In this document: positions 1-9,724 of the stretch, in pieces
How positions within the stretch are numbered: the first letter of the stretch is position 1
Layout: each line of letters starts with the position of its first letter
DNA from: an uncultured Bacilli bacterium
Lineage (GTDB): Bacteria; Bacillota_I; Bacilli_A; RF39; UBA660
DNA length: 38,104 nt
NCBI GenBank assembly: GCA_944372205.1
Contig: CALVYM010000002.1
Location: forward strand, 1-38,104
Reading direction: 5' to 3'
Program-made: the position numbers and the translations under genes
The notes under the pieces: generated by a model
Told to the model about the DNA's origin: nothing
The model's input: the letters and a program-made list of their open reading frames with translations, nothing else
Databases searched by the model: none

Positions 1-615
1 CTATATATTATTAAAGGAATTGTTTATTTATTAAAACAACATGGATTTGTAGTAGATGTTGTTAGCTCTTTGAGTGATGCAAGCAGGTATTTAGATAATA
101 ATTATGATTTAGTTATACTTGATTTAATGCTGCCGGATGGTGATGGTATAGATTTTTTTAAAGAAACTCTAACTAATCAACCAACTTTAGTCTTAACGGC
201 TAAAGATGATGAAGATGTAATAAGTTATGCCCTTGATAATGGAGTAGAAGATTATATGGTTAAACCTTTTAAAGCTAAAGAGCTACTTTCTAGAATTAAT
301 AAAATAATTAGAAAAAATAAAGATAATAATATAATTAAAGTTAAAAATGTTTTAATTGATACAGATGCTGCTAGAGTATATGTAGATAATGTAGAAGTAA
401 TATTTACTAGTTTAGAATATCGTATTTTATTATTACTTTTTCAAAATTTAAATAGGATTGTAACTAGAGAAATAATTATGGAACAAATTTGGGATATCTC
501 GGGAAACTTCGTTGAAGATAATACATTAACAGTATATATTAAAAGAATTAGAGAAAAATTAGGTAGTGATATTATTAAAACTATTAAAGGTTTAGGATAT
601 CGGGTGGATGTATGA
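1..615 (+). CDS. OmpR/PhoB-family response regulator (5' end cut by window edge)
   Basis: Frame 1 is open from base 1 (LYIIKGIVYLLKQHGFVVDV... precedes the track's start at 70). Receiver signature DLVILDLMLPDGDG ... VKPF. C-terminal winged helix (LEYRILLLL, TVYIKRIREKL, GLGYRV). The TGA stop overlaps the next ATG (ATGA at 612-615). Confidence 0.9.
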   Translation, partial: LYIIKGIVYLLKQHGFVVDVVSSLSDASRYLDNNYDLVILDLMLPDGDGIDFFKETLTNQPTLVLTAKDDEDVISYALDNGVEDYMVKPFKAKELLSRINKIIRKNKDNNIIKVKNVLIDTDAARVYVDNVEVIFTSLEYRILLLLFQNLNRIVTREIIMEQIWDISGNFVEDNTLTVYIKRIREKLGSDIIKTIKGLGYRVDV

Positions 616-1793
616 AAAAAACATTTTTTATAGTATGGATTGTTATAATAATTACCTTTTTTATAATTTCTTTTGTAGAATATAATAGTTATGTTAAAAT
701 TACTAATAATTTTACTAACAATATAATTAGTGAAGTTGTTAAAAACTATCCGGATGTAACGGAAGAAGAAATAATTGATATTATTAATAGTACTGATAAT
801 GAAACTAGTGATATTTTAACAAGTTTTGGTATTGATATAAATTCTATGGGAGTACTTAAAAGTATAAATGATAATTTTTATCATAATCTAATAAGTAATA
901 GTATAGTTGTTTTAGTAATATCTATAGTTATATTTTTATTAATTTATTTTCATGATAAAAAAGAAAAGAGGGAACTTGAAGAAATTATTAATTATTTAAA
1001 AGAATTAAATAGAGGAAATTATGATTTGAAAATTGATCTTAATAGTGAAGGTGAGTTATCAATACTTAAAAATGAAATATATAAAACAACAGTAATGTTA
1101 AGGGAAATGGCGAGCCGTGAATATAAAGATAAAATTGCTTTAAAGAACAATTTAGCGAATATTTCACATCAACTTAAAACACCACTTACATCAATATCAA
1201 TTTTACTTGATAATTTATGTGATGAAGAAGTAGATAAAAAAACAGAACTTGAGTTTTTAGAAGATATCAAAAGACAAGTTGATAATATTAATTATTTAGT
1301 TATTGTTTTACTTAAATTATCGAAATTTGATGCTAATGTTATAAATTTTAAAAAAGATAAAATAAATGTAAAAAAATTAATTTTAGAATGTTTAAAAAAT
1401 CTAGATGTAATTAGAGAAGTTAAAAATATCAATATTCATGTAAGTGGAGCAAATAACACTGAATTTATTGGTGACTATAAATGGGAGTGTGAAGCAATAA
1501 GTAATATAATAAAAAATGCAATAGAGCATACTTTAAATAATAAAAATATTTATATTAGTTTTAAAGATAAATCAATATATACAGAAATTGTTATAGAAGA
1601 TGAAGGTCTAGGAATAAATGAAAAAGAATTAAATAAAATATTTGAAAGATTTTATAAAGGAAGCACTAATAGTAATAATTTTGGAATTGGTTTATCTTTA
1701 GCTAAAGAAATAATTACAAAAGATAATGGCAAAATTAGAGCAAAATCAGAAGTTAATAAGGGAACAAAATTTATAATAAGATATTATAAGTAA
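612..1793 (+). CDS. Sensor histidine kinase (two TM segments, HisKA + HATPase_c)
   Basis: H-box ISHQLKTPLTSI, N-box NIIKNAIEHT, G-boxes EDEGLGI and FGIGLSLAKEI. Two hydrophobic segments flank a roughly 70-aa loop. Translationally coupled to the response regulator. Confidence 0.9.
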   Translation: MKKTFFIVWIVIIITFFIISFVEYNSYVKITNNFTNNIISEVVKNYPDVTEEEIIDIINSTDNETSDILTSFGIDINSMGVLKSINDNFYHNLISNSIVVLVISIVIFLLIYFHDKKEKRELEEIINYLKELNRGNYDLKIDLNSEGELSILKNEIYKTTVMLREMASREYKDKIALKNNLANISHQLKTPLTSISILLDNLCDEEVDKKTELEFLEDIKRQVDNINYLVIVLLKLSKFDANVINFKKDKINVKKLILECLKNLDVIREVKNINIHVSGANNTEFIGDYKWECEAISNIIKNAIEHTLNNKNIYISFKDKSIYTEIVIEDEGLGINEKELNKIFERFYKGSTNSNNFGIGLSLAKEIITKDNGKIRAKSEVNKGTKFIIRYYK

Positions 1794-1838
1794 TTTGCTT
1801 AAAAATAAATTATTTAGTATAATAATTGCGGAGGCAAA

Positions 1839-2801
1839 ATGAAAGAATTTAAAAAAATAGTTAAAGTTAAGAAAATTTTATTAATTTTAGGAATTATTAT
1901 TTGTTTTATTGCTTTAAGTATATATTTATTTTTAAATAATTATCTAAAAAATGAAGATGTAGTTTATTTAAATGAAGTAGATAAAGAATATACATCTAGT
2001 GATGTTGAAGTAACTCTTCTTACTGATTATTTTGCAACATTAAATGAATCAGGAAAGTTAGAACGATTTTATTTAGTTTTTGATAGTTTTGATAATATAT
2101 TTATTGTTACATTAAATGATGAAGATTTTAATGATTTGAGTGAAATACATGAATATACTTATAATGATGATATTAAAGAACAAGAAAGTGTTATAATTAA
2201 AGGAAGATCAAAAGAAATACCAGAAGAAATTAAAAATTATGCCCTAGATTATTTAATTGAAATGGAATTAGATGTAAATAAAGATACTATTGATAATGTA
2301 GTAGGTAAGTTTTATTTAGATACTACTATAACTAATGATTATATTTTAAATAAATTATTAATTATTTTAATACCATTATTTATAATAGGAGTATTATTAA
2401 TATTAATAGATGTAATAAAAATACTTAAAAGAAAAAATATATTAAAAGTAATAAATAATAAAGAAATAAATAACAGTAATCATAATTCTTTATGCCACAT
2501 AATTATTACTAAAAATTATTTAATAAATTATAAACCTAAACTATATGTTATTAAATTAGATGAAATACTTTGGTTTTATCCATATGAAGCAAGAATAAAA
2601 AAGAATGTAAGTGAAAGGAGTATATTTATTTTAACTAAAGATAATAATAAATATAATGTGGGAGTAATTCATAAATTTGATGAAGAATATGAAAATGCTT
2701 ATGGAAAACTTTATCAAGATTTAGTTAATATTTTACCAGATGCTTTAAAAGGATATACAAAAGAAAATAAAGAACAAATAAATGAAAAATTTAAAAAATA
2801 A
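1839..2801 (+). CDS. Membrane protein of unknown function (two TM segments)
   Basis: Long ORF with RBS GCGGAGG upstream and hydrophobic segments near aa 14-32 and 172-192. No catalytic motif recognised. Confidence 0.55.
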   Translation: MKEFKKIVKVKKILLILGIIICFIALSIYLFLNNYLKNEDVVYLNEVDKEYTSSDVEVTLLTDYFATLNESGKLERFYLVFDSFDNIFIVTLNDEDFNDLSEIHEYTYNDDIKEQESVIIKGRSKEIPEEIKNYALDYLIEMELDVNKDTIDNVVGKFYLDTTITNDYILNKLLIILIPLFIIGVLLILIDVIKILKRKNILKVINNKEINNSNHNSLCHIIITKNYLINYKPKLYVIKLDEILWFYPYEARIKKNVSERSIFILTKDNNKYNVGVIHKFDEEYENAYGKLYQDLVNILPDALKGYTKENKEQINEKFKK

Positions 2802-2804
2802 TGC

Positions 2805-2835
2805 TTGACTTAAAGTCTACTTTAAGTGTTAGAAT
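2805..2835 (+). promoter_or_regulatory. Sigma-A-type promoter with 19-bp spacer and embedded 20-bp dyad (MerR-type architecture)
   Basis: TTGACT 2805-2810, 19-bp spacer, TAGAAT 2830-2835. Dyad ACTTAAAGT-CT-ACTTTAAGT at 2808-2827. Confidence 0.6.
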
Positions 2836-2853
2836 AAAAATGGAGGGAAAATA

Positions 2854-3732
2854 GTGAAATCAAAAGTATATTTTACAAAAGAAATTAGTAGTGAAGCTTT
2901 AATTAAAATTTATGAAGCTGTGGGAAAAAAGCTTGATGGCAAAGTTGCTGTTAAAATGCATTCTGGAGAAAAGGGTAATAAAAATTATTTGAGGCCAGAA
3001 TTTGTCAAAGATTTAGTTAATCATGTAAATGGTACTGTAGTTGAATGTAATACCGCTTATGAAGGGGCTAGAAATACTACGAAAAAGCATCGTGAGTTAA
3101 TTAAAGAACACAAGTGGGATGAATATTTTCCATTTGACTTAATGGATTCAGAAGGACCTGATTTAGAATTAGATGTTCCAAATGGTAAAATTTTGCATAA
3201 AAATTATGTTGGTAAAAATTTAGCTAATTATGATGCATTACTTGTAGTATCACACTTTAAAGGTCATGCTATGGGTGGCTTCGGTGGAGCACTAAAACAA
3301 CTTTCCATTGGTTGTGCATCATCTCGTGGAAAAACATTAATCCATACTGCTGGTGCAACTGATAATCAATATGAATTATGGAATAATTTACCAGATCAAG
3401 ATAGATTTCTAGAAGCTATGGCTGATGCGGCAGCAAGTGTAGTTGCTCACTTTAATGGAAATGTAGTGTATATTAATGTTTTAAAAAATATATCAGTTGA
3501 TTGTGATTGTGATGGTAATGCAACGGAACCATGTATGAGTGATGTAGGTATTTTGACAAGTTTAGACCCTGTTGCAATTGACCAAGCTTGTCTAGATATT
3601 GTTTATAATAGAGCTGACCCTGGCAAAGATAAGTTAATTGAAAGAATCGAATCACTTCATGGAGTACACACTGTTGAAGCAGCAGCAGAAGAAGGCATTG
3701 GAAGTCGTGAATATGAGATTGTAGAAATATAA
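2854..3732 (+). CDS. DUF362-family protein (Cys-rich, possible Fe-S binding)
   Basis: GTG start 6 nt after GGAGGG. Sequence pattern typical of DUF362 proteins (VAVKMHSGE..., VVSHFKGHAMGGFGGALKQLSIGC, VDCDCDG). Confidence 0.7.
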   Translation: MKSKVYFTKEISSEALIKIYEAVGKKLDGKVAVKMHSGEKGNKNYLRPEFVKDLVNHVNGTVVECNTAYEGARNTTKKHRELIKEHKWDEYFPFDLMDSEGPDLELDVPNGKILHKNYVGKNLANYDALLVVSHFKGHAMGGFGGALKQLSIGCASSRGKTLIHTAGATDNQYELWNNLPDQDRFLEAMADAAASVVAHFNGNVVYINVLKNISVDCDCDGNATEPCMSDVGILTSLDPVAIDQACLDIVYNRADPGKDKLIERIESLHGVHTVEAAAEEGIGSREYEIVEI

Positions 3733-3782
3733 TCTCTTTTTCTTTTAGCTAAAATATGGTATACTAATTTCGTGATGTTTAT

Positions 3783-4487
3783 ATGAAATTGGTAATTAAA
3801 AATTTAGAAAAGAAATTTGGGACCAAAGAGGTCTTGAAGGATATTAACTTTGAATTTGAAAGTGGTAAAATTTATGGTTTGCTAGGTCGAAATGGGGCTG
3901 GAAAAACCACTCTTTTTAACTGCTTAAATGAAGATTTAGAAATTGATAATGGTTCATTTTTTATTGAAGATAAAGATACTCGTAAGGTTGAAGCAAGTGA
4001 TATTGGTTATGTCCTATCAACTCCAGTTGTTCCCGAATTTTTAACGGGTAGAGAATTTTTAAAATTCTTTATTGATATTAATAAAGATAAAATAACTGAT
4101 TTAAAAAGTATTGATGAATATTTTGATTTAATTAAGCTTGATGTAAGTGATCGAGATAAACTTATGAAAGATTATTCTCATGGAATGAAAAATAAAATGC
4201 AAATGTTAGTAAATATTATTGCTAATCCTAGTATTTTACTATTAGATGAACCACTTACTAGTTTTGATGTAGTGGTTGCTGAGGAAATGAAAGAATTACT
4301 CAAGAAAACTAAAAAGAATCGCATTTTAATATTTTCAACCCATATTTTAGAATTAGCTCTAGATTTATGTGATGAAATAGTAGTACTTAATAATGGAATA
4401 CTTGAGCGTGTTAGCAAAAGTAATTTAAATAATGCTAAATTTAAAGAAAAGATTATTAATGTTTTAAAAGGTGAAGAAGATGCTTAA
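3783..4487 (+). CDS. ABC transporter ATP-binding protein
   Basis: Walker A GRNGAGKTT, Walker B ILLLDEP, degenerate signature YSHGMKNK, H-loop STHIL. Extended -10 TGgTATACT upstream. Confidence 0.9.
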   Translation: MKLVIKNLEKKFGTKEVLKDINFEFESGKIYGLLGRNGAGKTTLFNCLNEDLEIDNGSFFIEDKDTRKVEASDIGYVLSTPVVPEFLTGREFLKFFIDINKDKITDLKSIDEYFDLIKLDVSDRDKLMKDYSHGMKNKMQMLVNIIANPSILLLDEPLTSFDVVVAEEMKELLKKTKKNRILIFSTHILELALDLCDEIVVLNNGILERVSKSNLNNAKFKEKIINVLKGEEDA

Positions 4488-6039
4488 TAATTTTTTGATA
4501 TCATTTAAAGTAAAAAATGCATATATTGTTAATGAACTTATTTATAATATCTCAAGAATTCCACTAATAGGAAAACTTATTCCAAACAAGTTTTATAAAT
4601 ATAAATTTTTTAAAATAATAAGTATTATAATTAGTATAATTTATAATATTATTAAAATATTTGGTTTTAAATTATTATATATTTATTGCTTTTTAGTATT
4701 ACCTTTTAATAATGTTAGTTATTTTGCTTTAATACAAGCATTTTTGTTTTTAGCAATACTTGGTAGTTTTATTAATACTGAAATATTTAATCCTACAAAA
4801 GATAAATATTATATGCTTATTTTAATGAAAATGGATGCAAAATCTCACACTATTGGTGCTTTTTTATATTTTATCTGTGGTATATTTATTGGTGAATTAG
4901 TAGCTTTAATACTTCTTACATCTATTCCTTGGTATTATTCCCTTTTATTAGTTATTTTAACTATAATGCTTAAATTTATTGCTATAAACTTTTATTTTTA
5001 TCGCATGAAAAAAAGTGGTAAAGTAATTAATGAAAATAAACCCGAATCATGGCTTTTATATAGTTTATTAATAATTATCTTTTTAGGACTTGCTTATGGT
5101 TTACCTTATTTGAATATAATTATACCTAAATTTATATTGTGGATTTTTGCAAGTATAATTTTTATACTTGGATTAATATCTATTAAAAGCATTATTACTT
5201 ATCCAAATTATGCTAAATTATATAAAAAATTATTAAATAAAGATAATTTATTTTTAGATAATTTTGCTATACAAAGAAATGCTCAAATTAGTACTAATTT
5301 AAAACAAATAAGTGTAGATACATCTATTACTAGTGAAAAATCTGGTTTTCAATATTTCCATGATTTATTTGTAAAAAGACATAGTAAAATATTACTTAAA
5401 AGTGCTAAAAAAACAACAACAGGAATACTAATTATTGGTATTATATTAATTATTTTATTATATATTTTTCCAGAATTTAAAGGTAGTGCTAATAAAATTA
5501 TTTTAAATTATTTACCATTTGTTTTATTTTTAATGTATTTTATTAACACCGGCAAGAGTGTTACTAATGCGATGTTTATGAATTGTGATCATTCAATGCT
5601 TAGTTATCGTTTTTTTAGACAACCTCAAACTTTACTTTCTTTATTTAGGGAAAGATTAAAAACTTTAATTTTACTTAATTTATTACCGGCGTTAACTCTT
5701 AGTTTAATGATTTCTCTTATTCTTTTTGTAAGTGGAGGAGCATCACTTATTACATATGCCGTAATATTCTTTTCTATTTTATCAATGTCAATATTTTTCT
5801 CAGTACATAATTTAGTTCTTTATTATTTACTTCAACCTTATAATATAGGAATGGAGATGAAAAGTGCTTCATTTACTATTGCTAGTCTTATTACTTATTG
5901 GGTTTGTTACTATATATCTGATATTGAAGTTTCATCACTAACTTTTGGTATAATTATGATTGCCTTTGCAATTGTTTATTCTTTGATATCACTAATCTTA
6001 GTTTATAAATTAGCTCCGAAGACATTTAGATTGAGGTAA
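4471..6039 (+). CDS. Polytopic membrane protein, putative ABC exporter permease partner
   Basis: Overlaps the ATPase gene by 17 nt. About 10-12 hydrophobic segments. No other motif recognised. Confidence 0.6.
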   Translation: MKKMLNNFLISFKVKNAYIVNELIYNISRIPLIGKLIPNKFYKYKFFKIISIIISIIYNIIKIFGFKLLYIYCFLVLPFNNVSYFALIQAFLFLAILGSFINTEIFNPTKDKYYMLILMKMDAKSHTIGAFLYFICGIFIGELVALILLTSIPWYYSLLLVILTIMLKFIAINFYFYRMKKSGKVINENKPESWLLYSLLIIIFLGLAYGLPYLNIIIPKFILWIFASIIFILGLISIKSIITYPNYAKLYKKLLNKDNLFLDNFAIQRNAQISTNLKQISVDTSITSEKSGFQYFHDLFVKRHSKILLKSAKKTTTGILIIGIILIILLYIFPEFKGSANKIILNYLPFVLFLMYFINTGKSVTNAMFMNCDHSMLSYRFFRQPQTLLSLFRERLKTLILLNLLPALTLSLMISLILFVSGGASLITYAVIFFSILSMSIFFSVHNLVLYYLLQPYNIGMEMKSASFTIASLITYWVCYYISDIEVSSLTFGIIMIAFAIVYSLISLILVYKLAPKTFRLR

Positions 6040-6041
6040 TT

Positions 6042-6494
6042 ATGTATTATAATGTTTATTTATCAAGTATTGGTAATATAGTTTTAGAAAGCGATGGAGT
6101 ATATCTAATGGGATTATATTTTGATGAACATATTCCAAATATTATAACTGATTTGGAAATTTTTGATGAAACTAAAAAGTGGTTAGATATTTATTTTAAT
6201 GGCAAGAATCCCACATTTAAAATACCTCTTAAATTTAGAGGAACACCATTTCAAATAAAAGTGTGGAAATTTTTAGAAAATACCAAGTATGGAGAGTGTG
6301 TAAGTTATAGTGATATTGCAAAATCATTAAATACTCATGCTAGAGCTATCGGTAATGCTGTTGGCAAAAATAAGATGGCTATTATTATTCCTTGTCATAG
6401 AGTACTAGGTAATGATAAAAGCCTTACAGGTTTTGCTTATGGCTTAAAAAGAAAAAAATATTTACTGGATTTAGAGAATATTGAATACAAATAA
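6042..6494 (+). CDS. ogt: Methylated-DNA--protein-cysteine methyltransferase
   Basis: Canonical active site IPCHRV followed by GxxxLxGFAYG. Helix-turn-helix region YSDIAKSLNTHARAIGNAVGKN. Confidence 0.9.
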   Translation: MYYNVYLSSIGNIVLESDGVYLMGLYFDEHIPNIITDLEIFDETKKWLDIYFNGKNPTFKIPLKFRGTPFQIKVWKFLENTKYGECVSYSDIAKSLNTHARAIGNAVGKNKMAIIIPCHRVLGNDKSLTGFAYGLKRKKYLLDLENIEYK

Positions 6495-6570
6495 AAAAAT
6501 ATTTTTATGAACTTAGTGAGAAATTGTAGTATAATTAATGTGAAATGTGTTTTGCATAGAAAGGAATAAC

Positions 6571-7278
6571 ATGATAGAATTAAAAAATATAAGTTTTATT
6601 AAAGATAATAAAAAAATATTAGATAATATAAATCTGAAGTTAGATGATACTAAATTTTATGCACTTACTGGACCTAATGGTAGTGGCAAATCTACACTTG
6701 CTAAAATAATTATGGGATTAATAACACCAACTAGTGGTAGCATAATTTATAATGGAAAAGATATTACTCATAAAAATATAACAGATAGAGCCAATATGGG
6801 TATAGCTTTTGCTTTTCAACAACCAGTAAAATTTAAAGGTATTACAGTTTTTGATTTACTTAAATTTGCTATCAATAAAGATATTAATAGGATGGATGCT
6901 TGCAAATATTTGGCTAAAGTAGGATTATGTGCTAAAGATTATGTGGAAAGAGTTATTGATAATTCCTTATCTGGCGGAGAATTAAAACGCATAGAAATAG
7001 CTAGCGTTTTAGCAAGAAATCCTCAAGTAGCCATATTTGATGAACCCGAAGCGGGTATTGATTTATGGAGTTTTAAATCGCTAAATAATATCTTTAAGGA
7101 ATTAGAAAAAACTAATAATGGCGTAACTTTAGTAATAACTCATCAAGAAAGAATATTAGATATTGCTGATGAAATAATACTTTTAGAAAATGGTACCATT
7201 AAAAAAATAGGTAGTAAGATGGAAATGCTACCACTCATTGTAACAAATGAGTATTGTGGGGTGATTGATGATGAATAA
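6571..7278 (+). CDS. sufC: Fe-S cluster assembly ATPase SufC-like
   Basis: ATG at 6571 preceded by AGAAAGGAA; the track's GTG at 6547 is less likely. Walker A GPNGSGKST, signature LSGGELKR, Walker B IFDEPEAGIDL. Followed by a SufB/D gene. Confidence 0.8.
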   Translation: MIELKNISFIKDNKKILDNINLKLDDTKFYALTGPNGSGKSTLAKIIMGLITPTSGSIIYNGKDITHKNITDRANMGIAFAFQQPVKFKGITVFDLLKFAINKDINRMDACKYLAKVGLCAKDYVERVIDNSLSGGELKRIEIASVLARNPQVAIFDEPEAGIDLWSFKSLNNIFKELEKTNNGVTLVITHQERILDIADEIILLENGTIKKIGSKMEMLPLIVTNEYCGVIDDE

Positions 7279-8188
7279 AATAGCAGATAAATTATTGAGT
7301 GTTCTTGAGCAATCTAATTATGAAGAAGCTGATGCTTATAACATAAGAGTAGATGGTATATCTATTAAAAGAAAAGTATCACCATATATTGAAATAGAAA
7401 GTAAAACTGATAAAAATGGAATCAATGTCTATATTAAAGATGATACTAAATTTGGTATAGTACACATTCCTGTACTTCTTAGTAAAAGTGGTTTAAAAGA
7501 TGTTGTTTATAATGATTTTTATATTGGTAAAAATGCTAATGTGATTATACTTGCAGGTTGTGGTATTCATAATGATTTACATAGTGATTCCGAACACGAT
7601 GGAATACATCGCTTTTTCTTAAGTGAAAACGCCACCGTTAAGTATACGGAAAAACATTACGGCGAAGGTAGTGGAAATGGTAAAAGAATACTTAATCCTA
7701 CAACAGAAATTTATATGAAAAAAGGTTCATCTATGAATATGGTTACTACCCAAATTAAGGGAGTAGATGATACTTTTAGAAAAACGGTTGCTGAGCTTGA
7801 TCAAAATGCCACATTAGTTATTAATGAAAAAATACTTACTAATAATGCCAATATTGCTAAGACAGAGTTTAATATTGAGTTAAATGGAGAGGATTCTAGT
7901 ACCCATGTAGTATCAAGATCAGTTGCAACAGATTCTTCTTATCAGGAATTTATTTCTAAAGTTACAGGTAATACCAAGTGTTATGCTCGTGTGGAATGTG
8001 ATGCCATTCTTAAAGATAATGGTAATGTTTTAGCTATACCAGAGATTTATGCCAAAAGTGTTGATGCTAACCTAATTCATGAAGCATCAATTGGTAAAAT
8101 TGCTGGAGAACAATTATTAAAATTAATGTCTTTAGGAATGAGCGAAAAAGAAGCAGAAGAAGCTATTATAAAAGGATTTTTAAAATAG
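7268..8188 (+). CDS. SufB/SufD-family Fe-S assembly scaffold protein (short form)
   Basis: Overlaps the sufC stop. The C-terminal HEASIGKIAGEQLLKLMSLGMSEKEAEEAIIKGFL is typical of SufB/D. Start is ambiguous (ATG at 7268 or 7271). Confidence 0.8.
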   Translation: MMNKIADKLLSVLEQSNYEEADAYNIRVDGISIKRKVSPYIEIESKTDKNGINVYIKDDTKFGIVHIPVLLSKSGLKDVVYNDFYIGKNANVIILAGCGIHNDLHSDSEHDGIHRFFLSENATVKYTEKHYGEGSGNGKRILNPTTEIYMKKGSSMNMVTTQIKGVDDTFRKTVAELDQNATLVINEKILTNNANIAKTEFNIELNGEDSSTHVVSRSVATDSSYQEFISKVTGNTKCYARVECDAILKDNGNVLAIPEIYAKSVDANLIHEASIGKIAGEQLLKLMSLGMSEKEAEEAIIKGFLK

Positions 8189-8207
8189 ATAAAAAGAAAG
8201 GATATAT

Positions 8208-9095
8208 ATGAAAACTGATAAAAATATTTTAGTAGCCTTTTTACTTAATTTAGGATTTTCCATTTTTGAAGTATTGGGAGGAATACTTACTAATAGTGTA
8301 GCAATTATATCAGATGCACTACATGATTTTATTGATGCTTTTAGTATTGGCTTATCTTATTTTTTAGAGAAAAAAAGCAAGAAAAAACCTGATTATAAAT
8401 ATACTTATGGTTATATTCGCTATTCAGTACTTGGAGCACTCTTAACAACAACATTTTTATTAGTTGGTTCTATAATAGTAATAATTAGTGCTGTAGGTAG
8501 ATTAATACATCCAGTAGAAATTAAATATAATGGTATGATTATTATTTCTGTTATAGGTATTATAGTAAATTTTATCGCTGCAATGCAAACAAGAGAAGGA
8601 GATTCTTTAAATCAAAAATCAGTAAATCTACATATGCTAGAAGATGTTCTTGGTTGGGTTATAGTATTTATTGGTTCTATTCTTATGAAATTTACTGATA
8701 TTACTTATATTGATTCGATTATGAGTATAATTATTGCAATCTATATTTTAATTCATGCTATAAAAAATTTAAAATCAGTATTAGACTTATTTTTAGTAAA
8801 AACTCCTAAAAATATAAATATTGATGAACTTAAAAAAGAACTATTAAAAGTTAAAAATGTAAGTGATATTCATCATATTCATATTTGGAGTATGGATGGA
8901 GTTAATAACTATGCTACTATTCATGCAGTTGTTAATACTTTAGATTTTGAAAAAGTTAAAAAAGATCTAAAAGAAGAATTAGAAGAACATGGAATAGTTC
9001 ATAGTACAATTGAAATAGAAGCTAAAGACTCTAAATGTGATGAGAAAAATTGTAAAGTAAAAAATATTAAGAGTACTACACATCATCATCATTAA
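8208..9095 (+). CDS. czcD: Cation diffusion facilitator family metal (Zn/Co/Cd-type) efflux transporter
   Basis: Six TM segments. CDF motifs SDALHDFIDA and HMLEDVLGW, C-terminal cytoplasmic domain IHHIHIWSM, natural His-rich tail TTHHHH. Confidence 0.85.
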   Translation: MKTDKNILVAFLLNLGFSIFEVLGGILTNSVAIISDALHDFIDAFSIGLSYFLEKKSKKKPDYKYTYGYIRYSVLGALLTTTFLLVGSIIVIISAVGRLIHPVEIKYNGMIIISVIGIIVNFIAAMQTREGDSLNQKSVNLHMLEDVLGWVIVFIGSILMKFTDITYIDSIMSIIIAIYILIHAIKNLKSVLDLFLVKTPKNINIDELKKELLKVKNVSDIHHIHIWSMDGVNNYATIHAVVNTLDFEKVKKDLKEELEEHGIVHSTIEIEAKDSKCDEKNCKVKNIKSTTHHHH

Positions 9096-9124
9096 ATCGT
9101 CCGGTTTTTGTAGTAATTATAAAT

Positions 9125-9155
9125 AAAAGAGATATGGAATTTTCATATCTCTTTT
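9125..9155. terminator. Bidirectional rho-independent terminator between convergent genes
   Basis: Perfect 12-bp stem AAAAGAGATATG / CATATCTCTTTT with a 7-nt loop and A/T runs on both sides. Confidence 0.7.
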
Positions 9156-9172
9156 AGGTTGTAAATAAATTT

Positions 9173-9655
9173 TTAATTATCATTAACAACTATAGTATCT
9201 GCCCAATCTCTAAATATTGTGTCATATTTTTCACTATCTTCTGCAAAGCAAAAGAAACTTATTAAATAAAATTCATCATTACCTTTAAGTAATACACTCA
9301 TATAATGATAATCTGTACCATCAACTGTTGAATCGTAATAAAAATAAATATAATTATTAGTTCTATTTAATTCATAATCAGTATCATTACTAGCCATTAC
9401 TGCTGCAGCATAATCATCTAAAGTAGATTCACTATTTAATCCTATTTCTTCTAAATCTGTAAATGTTTCTTCTGCTACTGTAATTCCAGCTTCATCATTT
9501 TCTAAATAAGCTAAAAAACCATTCATATCTTCTTTTGTAAAAGAACTAGGTAAAGTAATAGTTAAATCATCAATAGTATATTATTTATTAGATTCACAGC
9601 CAGTTAGTAAAAACAAACTAGTTACAATTAATAATGATGCAATAACATTTTTCAA
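9173..9655 (-). pseudogene. Lipoprotein gene interrupted by an in-frame TAA
   Basis: The minus strand has an AAAGGAG RBS, then a TTG start at 9655. The signal peptide KNVIASLLIVTSLFLLTGC has an LTGC lipobox. ESNK is followed by TAA (plus-strand 9581-9583). The same frame continues YTIDDLTITLPSSFTKED into the track ORF MNGFLAYLEN... (9526-9173). Confidence 0.7.
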
Positions 9656-9724
9656 AATTTATTCTCCTTTCTAATTTAATTATACACAACAACTATTAAA
9701 AAGTCTATAAATTATCTTTTTTTC

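Noticed and set aside
3473-3655. Short antisense or alternative-frame ORFs nested in longer genes: 3473-3655, 4178-4417, 15527-15802, 20675-20860, 25212-25421, 26514-26699, 26796-27029, 29588-29806, 36434-36703 and 37171-37389
   Set aside because: Each lies entirely inside, or largely overlaps, a longer ORF that has clear motifs or an RBS. They lack RBSs and have the low-complexity I/L/F/S-rich composition expected of antisense frames in AT-rich DNA.
9084-9095. C-terminal HHHH on the CDF transporter as a possible engineered His-tag or vector signature
   Set aside because: There are only four His residues, and the tail is preceded by native sequence and followed by a native terminator. His-rich tails are a normal feature of CDF metal transporters.
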